Source: an uncultured Spirochaetales bacterium
GTDB taxonomy: Bacteria; Spirochaetota; Spirochaetia; Sphaerochaetales; Sphaerochaetaceae
Assembly (NCBI GenBank): GCA_944392695.1
Contig: CALXXN010000003.1
Span: forward strand, 48,617-112,616
Direction: 5' to 3'
DNA: 64,000 bases
The notes beneath the pieces were generated by a model that made no database searches, was not told the DNA's origin, and saw nothing but the letters and a program-made list of their open reading frames with translations. Shown here in pieces: positions 36,957 through 45,746 of the stretch. Numbering within the stretch: position 1 is the stretch's first letter; each line of letters begins with the position of its first letter. Made by a program: the position numbers and the translations under genes.

Positions 36957-37420
36957 CCGAGGGAACGCAGTTCGCGTCCCTGCTCGCGCTTCAGGTCACG
37001 CTCCTTGATCGCGGCCTTCTTATCGTAGGCTGCCTTGCCTCGTGCCAGGGCTATCTTCATCTTCACAAGGTTGCCTTTGAGGTAGATCTCAAGAGGTACG
37101 ATCGTCATGCCCTTGGCTTCTACCTTGCGGCGGAACTTGCGGATCTCCTGGCGATGGGCGAGGAGGATCCTCTTGCGGTCACCCTGGTGGTTGAACACGG
37201 AGCCCCCATGGCTGTAAGGCTGGATGATGAAACCTATGAGCACGAGCTGTCCGTCTTTTATCTCGACATAGCTGTCGGAAAAGGAGCACCTGCCCTCCCT
37301 GACGCTCTTCACCTCGGTCCCGACCAGTGAGATCCCACACTCGAGCTCTTCGATGATCTCATAATTGAACCAGGCCTTCTTGTTGCGCTGTATGCTCTTG
37401 AAGTTTTCCTTTTCAGCCAT
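36950..37420 (-). CDS. smpB: SsrA-binding protein SmpB
   Basis: NKKAWFNYEIIEELECGISLVGTEVKS and a basic C-terminal tail. ATG 37420 (MAEKENFKS) lies just after the upstream gene's stop (37422-24). The ORF-track start 37468 would overlap that gene. Confidence 0.92.
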   Translation of the reverse strand: MAEKENFKSIQRNKKAWFNYEIIEELECGISLVGTEVKSVREGRCSFSDSYVEIKDGQLVLIGFIIQPYSHGGSVFNHQGDRKRILLAHRQEIRKFRRKVEAKGMTIVPLEIYLKGNLVKMKIALARGKAAYDKKAAIKERDLKREQGRELRSLGY

Positions 37421-37421
37421 G

Positions 37422-38852
37422 TCAAAGCTCCCTGACAAGGCGGAATCCCGCCCAGTCACTTGTGACATCCCGCCTCATGACGCCAACTGTGTCAGCCGTT
37501 ACCTCATCGGGGTTGTTGATATAGCTTCCCCCCTTGACGATGATGTCGGCCAAGGGCAGCTGTGATGCATCGAAAGTCTCTCCACAGAGGCGGCCCAGTG
37601 GGACATAGGCGGATGAGGTGAATTCCCACAGCCCGCCCATCATCATGGCGGGGGAGGAGGTGTCGCTTGCATTGACAGCCAAGGATGAGCTCCAGGGCCT
37701 GCCGGATGCACAAGCCGCTGCCAGCTGCCACTCGGCCTCGGTGGGGAGGCGGTAGCTTGCCCCTGTCTCAGCGCTCAGCCACTGGCAATAGGCGAGAGCG
37801 GCGTTGTAAGAGATGTTCCTGACTGGCGTTGATGAATGGGCCCAGGTCGTAGGATTGACTCCTGCGAGGTAATACTCGTCGACCATGCCATCCTGTACGA
37901 GCTGGTCCTTGTTGGACTTCGCCCAGTAGGGGTTGGCTTCCATGAAGAGCGCCCACTCGTACTCGCTGACAGGCTGATGGGCGATTTCAAAGGCCTCTGT
38001 CGTCACCTCTACAGGCAGGGTGGCCATGCCTTCGATGTCCTGGGCGCCGTTCCTGCCGATTGTGAAGCCTGCCTCTTCAAAGCGGTGCCAGCCGTCCGAG
38101 TAGCTGTGGACAGGAACAGGTTGGTTGATTGTGATGTCGCTGGCTGGCAAGCTGCCTTCGACCAAGCCACGGATCCTGCTGATGTCGATGTGGCCATAAG
38201 AGACCCCTGCCGCATCAAAGGCGGCCATGGCGGCTTCCAGGTCGTCAAGCAGCGTGCTGTTGGCCGCATAGAGGGCGAGGGTGGGGAAGTCAGCAGAGAC
38301 ATCATCAATGCCGAGTGCGATGATATCCCCTGCATAGGCTGTATAGAGGGGCGGGATGTTGTAGCCCTCTGGGGTCGAGGTGAGTCCTGAGTAGGCCACG
38401 AGCTGTTTGAATGTGTCGCTGTATACGCCCGCATAGACAGCCGAAGTGTCATCAAGTGGGACTTCGACAGTCATGCCAGGGCGGCGCAAAAGCGTCGCGA
38501 AGACCGGATGGTCGACTTCCAAGGTCCCTGATGAGATTTCAATCCCGTTCTTGATGTAGCTCACCTCATGCCGGCCTGAGCTGATGAAGCAGGCACTGCC
38601 CTCTGTGGAGCCAATGTAGGTCCCATCGACGATGACCCCGACTTCTGAGAGCTGGCTCTCGAAGTCGACGAGGCGGCCCCCCTTGACGATGCCTGGCAGG
38701 AAGAAGACCAGGAAGACAATCAGGATGGCCGCTATTATCAAGGAGATGAATATATATTTGCCAGGACGCATGCCGAAGAGCCTTGGCAGCTCGACGGGTT
38801 CGACGTCCATTAGTTCTTTCTTACGCATGGTCGAGGCAAGGGTAATCATCAT
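37422..38852 (-). CDS. Membrane-anchored protein with C-terminal formylglycine-generating-enzyme (FGE-sulfatase/SUMF1) domain
   Basis: 476 aa with an N-terminal TM helix (YIFISLIIAAILIVFLVFFLPGI) and a PEGA-like beta segment (VGVIVDGTYIGSTEG...GRHEVSY). The C-terminal FGE-type motifs are VSEYEWALFME, VRNISYNAALAYCQWLS, YRLPTEAEWQLAA, GLWEFTSS, VKGGSY and GFRLV. ATG 38828 is an alternative start. Confidence 0.78.
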   Translation of the reverse strand: MMITLASTMRKKELMDVEPVELPRLFGMRPGKYIFISLIIAAILIVFLVFFLPGIVKGGRLVDFESQLSEVGVIVDGTYIGSTEGSACFISSGRHEVSYIKNGIEISSGTLEVDHPVFATLLRRPGMTVEVPLDDTSAVYAGVYSDTFKQLVAYSGLTSTPEGYNIPPLYTAYAGDIIALGIDDVSADFPTLALYAANSTLLDDLEAAMAAFDAAGVSYGHIDISRIRGLVEGSLPASDITINQPVPVHSYSDGWHRFEEAGFTIGRNGAQDIEGMATLPVEVTTEAFEIAHQPVSEYEWALFMEANPYWAKSNKDQLVQDGMVDEYYLAGVNPTTWAHSSTPVRNISYNAALAYCQWLSAETGASYRLPTEAEWQLAAACASGRPWSSSLAVNASDTSSPAMMMGGLWEFTSSAYVPLGRLCGETFDASQLPLADIIVKGGSYINNPDEVTADTVGVMRRDVTSDWAGFRLVREL

Positions 38853-38898
38853 AGGTGCCTATTGTCAACTTGAACGTGCTCGTGATAGTTTTCCCTGC

Positions 38899-39888
38899 AT
38901 GGAGAAAGTCTATGCCTTCCTTGAAGCGAAGGCGGTCAAGCATCTGACGAAGCGCAAGGCCTTGAAGGCCACTGAAAAGGCAAGGAAGAGGACCATCCTG
39001 TCGGAGCTCTGGTCCTGGGTCGATGCCTTCCTCTTCGCCATCGTCGCCGTCCTCCTGATCAACCAGTTCCTCTTCCAGCTCTTCGTGATCCCCTCCCCAT
39101 CGATGGTCGATACGATAGAAGTCGGGGACCGTGTCGTCGTGAGCAAGATGAGCTATGGTACCGAAGCCTATCCATCTGGACCTAAGATCTTCGATTCGAC
39201 GAAGCACGTGGTCCGCGATGACATAATCACATTCTATAATCCTGAGTACGAGTCCAAGGGACCTGTCTTCGACATACTTTCCCAGATTGTCTACATGGGT
39301 ACGCTCTCCCTGGTCAACATCGACCGCAACGCTGATGGCAGCATCGCAGAGCGCCTCTTCGTGAAGAGGGCGGTCGGCTTCCCCGGTGACCGCGCCTGGT
39401 TCGATGATGGCAACCTCATGATCCGTCCTGCGGGTTATGCCGAGGCGGTCCTCGAAGCACTCTTCCGTGAGGAGAATGGACTTTCCCAGCAACCTCAGCG
39501 CTCGATCGATCCTGAGTATTACACCGCCCAGGACGCCTGGGCCCGGCTCTATGCCCTCCAGGAGTCAGGGATCGGCCAGGCGCCGAACCATCTGATCCAG
39601 GACTACTCGGCGCTCTCTTCTGCGAATTACCCAGGCGACCGTTATGCCTTCGAGGAGCAGAGGACGCTCTACTCGACCCTGATCGACCCATCCGACGTCG
39701 AGGCACGTTCAGCCGCCTCCCGCTACAGAGCAGGCATCTATGTCCCGGAGGGGTACGTACTACCTCTTGGTGACAACAGGGACAACTCTCATGACGGCCG
39801 TTATTTCGGACCTGTCAGCGAGAAGGACATAAATGGCCGTGTCCTCTTCCGCTTCTGGCCTCTTGGGAGGATAGGTGGCCTTGATTGA
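38899..39888 (+). CDS. lepB: Signal peptidase I
   Basis: TM anchor, then catalytic Ser box IPSPSMVDT and Lys box FVKRAVGFPGD, with a C-terminal GDNRDNSHDGRYFG. The ORF-track start 38632 overlaps the divergent gene, so ATG 38899 (MEKVYAF) is preferred. Confidence 0.88.
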   Translation: MEKVYAFLEAKAVKHLTKRKALKATEKARKRTILSELWSWVDAFLFAIVAVLLINQFLFQLFVIPSPSMVDTIEVGDRVVVSKMSYGTEAYPSGPKIFDSTKHVVRDDIITFYNPEYESKGPVFDILSQIVYMGTLSLVNIDRNADGSIAERLFVKRAVGFPGDRAWFDDGNLMIRPAGYAEAVLEALFREENGLSQQPQRSIDPEYYTAQDAWARLYALQESGIGQAPNHLIQDYSALSSANYPGDRYAFEEQRTLYSTLIDPSDVEARSAASRYRAGIYVPEGYVLPLGDNRDNSHDGRYFGPVSEKDINGRVLFRFWPLGRIGGLD

Positions 39889-41059
39889 GCCCTTCGAGGC
39901 GGTTGACCATTCAAAGCCGCTCTCCCTCTACATCCACGTACCCTTCTGTACGACCAAGTGCGGCTACTGCGCCTTTTACTCCCTGCCCTGCAAGGCCTGG
40001 GAAGGTGCAGTGCTCGACGACTATTCTGAAAAGCTCCTCGCCCTCGTCAAGGAAGCGGCCTCCCTCTGGGACCGCCCCTTCAAGACCATATACATAGGAG
40101 GTGGCAACCCAGGCCTGCTTGGACCTGGACGGCTGGCTTCCATCATCGAGGCAGCATCGGTCCATGGTGAGGCTGAAGAGGTCAGCTTTGAAATCAATCC
40201 AGAGACACTGGATCCTTCATTCGAAATCCTGATGTATGGACTGGCCTCAAGGGTCTCCGTGGGGGTGCAGAGCTTCAACCCAGACCATTTGAAGACGCTT
40301 GGACGTAACGCTTCACGCCAGGACGCCCTGCATGCCCTCGACCTGCTTTCGACATTCAGGGCCCGTCATGGAATCCGCTTCAACGCCGACCTTATGACGA
40401 ACATACCGCGTCAGACGCTTGAAGATGCGATGGACGATGTCAGGACGCTTTCCAGCTGGGACCCTGACCATATATCCCTTTATTCGCTGACGATGGAGGA
40501 GGGGACGGCGCTGGCTGCCACCGAGGAGCCTCTTGGTGAGGACGAGGAGGCTGACCACCTCTATTCCCTCTGGTCCTTGCTGGACAGCCTTGGCTATAGG
40601 CGCTACGAGGTCAGCGCCTTCGCCCGCCCTGGCCGGGAGTGCGTCCACAACCAAGTCTACTGGTCACTGGGACAGTACCTCGGACTAGGTCCGACAGCTG
40701 AGTCCTCGCTTGGGTGGAAGACAGTGACATCTGCCCGCCAGGCTGGCAGTCTTGAAAGCTGGCTTTCATCTCCAGGTGCATTCACGGGCACCGTCCTCGC
40801 AAGAGGCGAGGTGGCTGAGGAGCTGCTGCTCACGGGCCTTCGTACGACGCGCGGCCTTGACAAGGAGGCTTTCCATGAGCGCACTGGGACAAGCTTCGAT
40901 GACTTGCTCCAGAAGGCCTTTGGGGAGCTGGATCCGAAGCTGTATGATGATGGGCGTCAATTCTTTTCGCTGACACAAGATGGTACCATGGTCAGCGACC
41001 GTGTCATCCTCTCCCTCGCCCTGGCCTTGGATCAGTTGACAGCAGATTTTCCTTTGTGA
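39875..41059 (+). CDS. hemW: Radical SAM family heme chaperone HemW (oxygen-independent coproporphyrinogen oxidase-like)
   Basis: 394 aa. LYIHVPFCTTKCGYCAF (CxxxCxxC) and GGGNP. GTG start overlapping the lepB end by 14 nt. Confidence 0.85.
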   Translation: MALIEPFEAVDHSKPLSLYIHVPFCTTKCGYCAFYSLPCKAWEGAVLDDYSEKLLALVKEAASLWDRPFKTIYIGGGNPGLLGPGRLASIIEAASVHGEAEEVSFEINPETLDPSFEILMYGLASRVSVGVQSFNPDHLKTLGRNASRQDALHALDLLSTFRARHGIRFNADLMTNIPRQTLEDAMDDVRTLSSWDPDHISLYSLTMEEGTALAATEEPLGEDEEADHLYSLWSLLDSLGYRRYEVSAFARPGRECVHNQVYWSLGQYLGLGPTAESSLGWKTVTSARQAGSLESWLSSPGAFTGTVLARGEVAEELLLTGLRTTRGLDKEAFHERTGTSFDDLLQKAFGELDPKLYDDGRQFFSLTQDGTMVSDRVILSLALALDQLTADFPL

Positions 41060-41112
41060 TAGCGTAATCAGCGTTCTGAGAAACAATCAATCAACAAGCA
41101 TAAGAGGTTATA

Positions 41113-41853
41113 ATGTCAGGCCATAGCAAATGGGCAACCATCAAACACAAGAAGGGGCTTGCTGACGCCAAGCGCGGTCAGAAGTTCACAAAGCTGATCA
41201 AGGAGATCACAGTCGCCGCCAAGATGGGCGGTGGTGATCCTGATTCCAACGCACGTCTGCGCACAGCCATCCTCAAGGCCCGTGCTGAGAACATGCCCAA
41301 GGACAACATCGAGCGTGCCATCAAGAAGGCAAGTGGTGAAGACGCCAACACGACCTTCTACGAACTGACCTATGAAGGCTATGCACCTGGTGGGGTTGCC
41401 ATCATCATCGATACCCTGACTGACAACAAGAACCGTACCGCTGCTGATGTCAGGAGCACATTGACCAAGCTTGGTGGTTCGCTTGGTGCCACAGGCTGTG
41501 TCTCCTACATGTTCCAGACGAAGGGTGTGATCACCTACGATGGGACCAAGTACACTGAGGACCAGATCTTCGAGGCCGCTCTTGAGAACGGTGCAGAGGA
41601 TGTCAGCGCGGATGGTGATGTGATCGAGGTCACGACTTCCGCCGCCGACTTCGCCTCCGTCCTCGAGGCCATGCAGGCAGCTGGTTTCGAGCAGGACAGC
41701 GCCGATGTCAACAAGATCGCTGATACGACAGTCTCCCTCGACAAGGAGAAGGCTGCCAAGGTCATGAGGATCGTCGAGCGCCTTGAGGACCTCGAGGATG
41801 TCCAGCAGGTCTCCACGAACCTCGACCTCCCTGATGATTACGAAGAGGAGTAA
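41113..41853 (+). CDS. yebC: YebC/PmpR family DNA-binding transcriptional regulator
   Basis: 246 aa. The invariant N-terminus MSGHSKWATIKHKK is present. Confidence 0.93.
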   Translation: MSGHSKWATIKHKKGLADAKRGQKFTKLIKEITVAAKMGGGDPDSNARLRTAILKARAENMPKDNIERAIKKASGEDANTTFYELTYEGYAPGGVAIIIDTLTDNKNRTAADVRSTLTKLGGSLGATGCVSYMFQTKGVITYDGTKYTEDQIFEAALENGAEDVSADGDVIEVTTSAADFASVLEAMQAAGFEQDSADVNKIADTTVSLDKEKAAKVMRIVERLEDLEDVQQVSTNLDLPDDYEEE

Positions 41854-41856
41854 GTC

Positions 41857-42357
41857 TTGATCATACTCGGAATCGATCCGGGACTTGCGAATACGGGCTG
41901 GGGCGTCATCGAAGCAGATGGTGGGCGCTACCGGCCCATTTCTTATGGTGTGGTCAGGACGGAAAGTGGTGGGGAACTGCCCAAGAGGATCTCGCTGATC
42001 GCATCAAGCGTGGGGCGGATCGCCCGTGAGTACGCCGTCCAGGCGGTGGCGATGGAGGATATCTTCTTCGCCCAGAACATCTCATCATCGATTTCTGTCG
42101 CCAAGGTCATTGGTGCCGTGACCCATGAATGCCTCACACTTGGTCTTGAGGTGTGTTACTTCACACCACTGCAGGTCAAGATGGCGATCACAGGCATGGG
42201 CAGGGCGGACAAGAACCAGGTCCAGCAGATGGTGATGAGGCTGTTGAAGCTTGACAAGCCTCCACGTCCTGACCATGCGGCTGATGCCCTTGCTGATTGC
42301 ATAACCTATGCGATCAATGCAAGTACGATGGCGAGGATGAAAGGAGCACTCAAATGA
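41857..42357 (+). CDS. ruvC: Crossover junction endodeoxyribonuclease RuvC
   Basis: 166 aa. ILGIDPGLANTGWGVIE and a C-terminal PDHAADALA. TTG start with GAGGAG upstream. Confidence 0.9.
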   Translation: MIILGIDPGLANTGWGVIEADGGRYRPISYGVVRTESGGELPKRISLIASSVGRIAREYAVQAVAMEDIFFAQNISSSISVAKVIGAVTHECLTLGLEVCYFTPLQVKMAITGMGRADKNQVQQMVMRLLKLDKPPRPDHAADALADCITYAINASTMARMKGALK

Positions 42358-42980
42358 TCAATGCGCTCAATGGCACCATAGTCGAAGCCTCTGATGGACG
42401 TCTTGTCATCTGCGTCTCAGGCATCGAGTTCAACCTCGATGTCAGCTCGGAGTGCGTCAGGGCCTTCGCGCCGAAGAAGGGTACAGGTGATGTCGTGCGC
42501 GTGCTCACCGTCTACACCTCATCCGAACATGCACAGAACATCTACGGCTTCAAGGATGAGCGCGAAAGGGAGTGCTTCATCGAGTTGACCAAGGTCCCTG
42601 GACTGGCGGGGAAGGGGGCCTTGAAGATCCTCAGCTCGATCAGTGTCGATGACTTCGTCCAGGCCCTCGACAGGCGTGATGTCTCCCGCCTCTCGAAAAT
42701 CCCCGGGGTTGGCAGCAAGACAGCGCAGAAGCTGATCCTCCAGCTGCGCAACACCTTGGTCTATACTGATGATGAACCAGGAGACCGTGCATCAGCGTCT
42801 GGTTACAACGCCTCGTCCTTCGATGATGTGGTAGAATCCTTCGTGGGCATGGGCTACGATAAGAAGGCCGTCCTCAAGGCCCTTGAGCGCATACTGGCCA
42901 AGGAGGCCAAGGTGATCGAGGGCTTGGACCAGGAGGCGGCTGAGAACCATATTTTCCCATTGTTGCTCAGGAGCCTTTGA
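42354..42980 (+). CDS. ruvA: Holliday junction branch migration complex subunit RuvA
   Basis: MINALNGTIVE... and the HhH region LTKVPGLAGKGALKIL / LSKIPGVGSKTAQKLILQL. ATGA overlap with the ruvC stop. The ORF-track start 42297 lies inside ruvC. Confidence 0.9.
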   Translation: MINALNGTIVEASDGRLVICVSGIEFNLDVSSECVRAFAPKKGTGDVVRVLTVYTSSEHAQNIYGFKDERERECFIELTKVPGLAGKGALKILSSISVDDFVQALDRRDVSRLSKIPGVGSKTAQKLILQLRNTLVYTDDEPGDRASASGYNASSFDDVVESFVGMGYDKKAVLKALERILAKEAKVIEGLDQEAAENHIFPLLLRSL

Positions 42981-44038
42981 TGAGAGAAGAAGACGATGAT
43001 GACTTCCTGCCAGGTGAGAGCCCTGTCGCAGTGACATTCCAGGCAGGTGACGAGAAGAACGAGAATGTCCTCCGTCCCCAGCTGCTTGCTGATTTCCAGG
43101 GCCAGGCCCAGTTGAAGGAGAACCTTTCTGTCTTCATCCAGGCTGCGCGGGACAGGGGTGAGCCTCTCGACCATACCTTCCTGATCGGGCCTCCCGGACT
43201 GGGTAAGACGACCCTGGCCTCGATCATCGCCAATGAGATGCACAGCGAGCTGAGGATGACGAGCGCACCTGCGCTTGAGAAGCCCAAGGACCTAGCAGGC
43301 ATCCTCACCAACGTCACTGAGAATTCAGTCTTCTTCATTGATGAGATCCACCGCCTCCGCCCTGCGTTGGAGGAGATGCTGTATATCGCGATGGAGGATT
43401 ACGAGATCGACTGGGTCATCGGCACGGGTCCGAACGCCAGGACGATGAGGATCCCACTGCCGAAGTTCACCTTGATTGGTGCCACTACGAAGGCGGGTGC
43501 CGTCTCAACACCCTTGAGTGAACGTTTCGGTATCACAGGACATCTGGAATACTATAAGCCAGAAGAGCTGAAGCAGATCATCCAGCGTTCCGCCGGCATA
43601 CTCGACTGTCCAATCGATGATGATGCGGCAGAGCTTCTTGCCCGTTGTTCACGTGGCACCCCTCGTATCGCGAACAGGTTGTTGAAGAGGCTCCGTGATT
43701 TCGCCGCAGTGATGAAGGATGGCCGGATCGACACTGACACTGTCCGCTACGGTCTCCAGCGCCTGGGAATAGACGGCCAGGGACTCGAGAAGCAGGACAG
43801 GGCCATACTGCGGACGATCATCGACTTCTATGGTGGTGGTCCTGTTGGTGCCGAGACACTCTCGATCTCGGTCGGCGAGGCTGTCGAGACGCTTGAGGAT
43901 TTCTATGAGCCTTACCTGATCCAGCAAGGCTACCTGATGAGGACGCCCCGTGGGCGCACTGTGACACGCAAGGCCTATGAGCTCCTCGGACTTGAATACA
44001 CCGGAGTGGAGAATGCTGACCAAGGATTACTCTTTTGA
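42977..44038 (+). CDS. ruvB: Holliday junction DNA helicase RuvB
   Basis: 353 aa. Walker A GPPGLGKTTLA, FIDEIHRL and RGTPRIANRLL. Confidence 0.96.
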   Translation: MMREEDDDDFLPGESPVAVTFQAGDEKNENVLRPQLLADFQGQAQLKENLSVFIQAARDRGEPLDHTFLIGPPGLGKTTLASIIANEMHSELRMTSAPALEKPKDLAGILTNVTENSVFFIDEIHRLRPALEEMLYIAMEDYEIDWVIGTGPNARTMRIPLPKFTLIGATTKAGAVSTPLSERFGITGHLEYYKPEELKQIIQRSAGILDCPIDDDAAELLARCSRGTPRIANRLLKRLRDFAAVMKDGRIDTDTVRYGLQRLGIDGQGLEKQDRAILRTIIDFYGGGPVGAETLSISVGEAVETLEDFYEPYLIQQGYLMRTPRGRTVTRKAYELLGLEYTGVENADQGLLF

Positions 44039-45053
44039 GCTGCCTGCGGAGCTGATCGCCCAGGAGCCTGTGGAGAGGAGGGGTGATGAGCGCCTCTTGC
44101 ACCTCGACAAGGCCACAGGGGCCTGGGAAGACCTTCATATGGCGGACCTGCCGCGCCTGCTCAGGCGTGGTGATGTGCTCGTGATCAACAACTCACGTGT
44201 GCGCAAGGCACGTTGCTATGGCATGACGGACAATGATGGCAAGGTCGAGTTCCTCTTCCTCGAGGAGGATGGGGAGGGTGTCTGGAGCGCCATGGTGACC
44301 AAGGCCAAGAAGCAGAAAGAGGGCCGCCGCTACCGCTTCCATGACAGGACTGATGGATCCCTCGCCGCCACTGCCCATATCATTGGTACGGCGGAGGATG
44401 GGACCAAGAGGGTCGTCTTCGATGAACCAATCGACGAGGACTTCTTCTCCCGTTGTGGCCACGTGCCACTTCCTCCATATATCAAGAGGGAGGATGGCTG
44501 GCAGGACGAGGGACGTTACCAGACGGTCTATGCGACGCAGTCCGGTTCTGTAGCGGCTCCGACTGCGGGACTGCACTTCACACCGGAACTGCTTCAGCAG
44601 GTACGGGACATGGGCGTGGAGGTCCATGAGGTCACCCTCCATGTCGGTGCTGGCACCTTCCTGCCCGTCCGTAGTGAGAACATAGAAGACCACCACATGC
44701 ACTTCGAGCGCTGCACGGTCAGCCAGGAGACGGCTGATGCTGTCAACAAGGCGAAGTGTGAAGGGCGCCGCGTCGTCGCTGTCGGTACGACCAGCGTCAG
44801 GACGCTTGAGAGCGCAGCTGACAGGGAAGGCCATCTCAGGGCGATGACCATGAGGACTGACATCTTCATCCATCCGCCATACCGTTTCAAGATCGTCGAT
44901 GCCTTGTTGACGAACTTCCATACCCCAGAGTCGACCCTCCTGATGCTTGTCAGCGCCTTGGCGGGACGTGAGCACATACTGGCAGCTTACAAGCATGCCG
45001 TAGAGGAGCGTTACCGCTTCTTCAGCTATGGCGATGCGATGTTCATAGATTGA
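44013..45053 (+). CDS. queA: S-adenosylmethionine:tRNA ribosyltransferase-isomerase QueA
   Basis: MLTKDYSFELPAELIAQEP, PLPPYI and SYGDAMFI. ATG 44013 is preceded by GGAGTGGAGA; the ORF-track start is 43977. Confidence 0.92.
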   Translation: MLTKDYSFELPAELIAQEPVERRGDERLLHLDKATGAWEDLHMADLPRLLRRGDVLVINNSRVRKARCYGMTDNDGKVEFLFLEEDGEGVWSAMVTKAKKQKEGRRYRFHDRTDGSLAATAHIIGTAEDGTKRVVFDEPIDEDFFSRCGHVPLPPYIKREDGWQDEGRYQTVYATQSGSVAAPTAGLHFTPELLQQVRDMGVEVHEVTLHVGAGTFLPVRSENIEDHHMHFERCTVSQETADAVNKAKCEGRRVVAVGTTSVRTLESAADREGHLRAMTMRTDIFIHPPYRFKIVDALLTNFHTPESTLLMLVSALAGREHILAAYKHAVEERYRFFSYGDAMFID

Positions 45054-45648
45054 GGAAAGCTTCGACCTGCCTGGCCTGGCTGTCAGCATCCAACATGCCA
45101 TCCACCCTGAGGTAGCGCACCCCGGGTGGCAGGGTGGCGAAGACTTCCAGGAATGCGGAACGTACGGCCTTGAGGTATTCGAGCTTGTCGAAGAGCTCCT
45201 TCTCATCACCACGTGCCTCGATACGCCTCATGCACTCCTCCACGGGCGTGTCGATGAAGATGATGTGCCCGGGCAGGGGGAAGTCATTGATCGTCTTCAG
45301 GAAGTCCATGTCTTCGCTGACTCCCTGGTAGGCAAGTGATGAGTGGAGGTAACGGTCGCCGATGACGACCTGCCCCTCATCGAGTGATTTGAGGATTCCA
45401 TAGCCGGGGTTGGACAGGTGGTCCTCCCTGTCCGCAGCGTAGAGGAGGGCGAGGGCCTTGGATGAGGTGACCACCCTGTGCTGCAGGACATCACGCACAA
45501 GACGTCCGATTGGATTGTCAGTGGGTTCACTTGTCAGCCGGACGGCCTTGCCCTGGGAGGCGAGGCTTGATGCCAGGCGGCGGGCCTGGGTGCTCTTTCC
45601 ACTGCCGTCAAGGCCTTCGAAAACGATGAAATGGGACAAAAGGGACAT
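45043..45648 (-). CDS. tmk: Thymidylate kinase
   Basis: 201 aa. FIVFEGLDGSGKSTQ and a DRY-type motif (IGDRYLHSSLAYQ). Convergent with queA, overlapping by 11 nt. Confidence 0.9.
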   Translation of the reverse strand: MSLLSHFIVFEGLDGSGKSTQARRLASSLASQGKAVRLTSEPTDNPIGRLVRDVLQHRVVTSSKALALLYAADREDHLSNPGYGILKSLDEGQVVIGDRYLHSSLAYQGVSEDMDFLKTINDFPLPGHIIFIDTPVEECMRRIEARGDEKELFDKLEYLKAVRSAFLEVFATLPPGVRYLRVDGMLDADSQARQVEAFLNL

Positions 45649-45746
45649 ATCTCCTCCACAGGAGCGTGCATGATTGCCGGTCCTGGCTGAATGTTTGTAT
45701 TCTCTGTTGCGTCAGGCTTGGATTATAATACATCGATAGGATTGTC

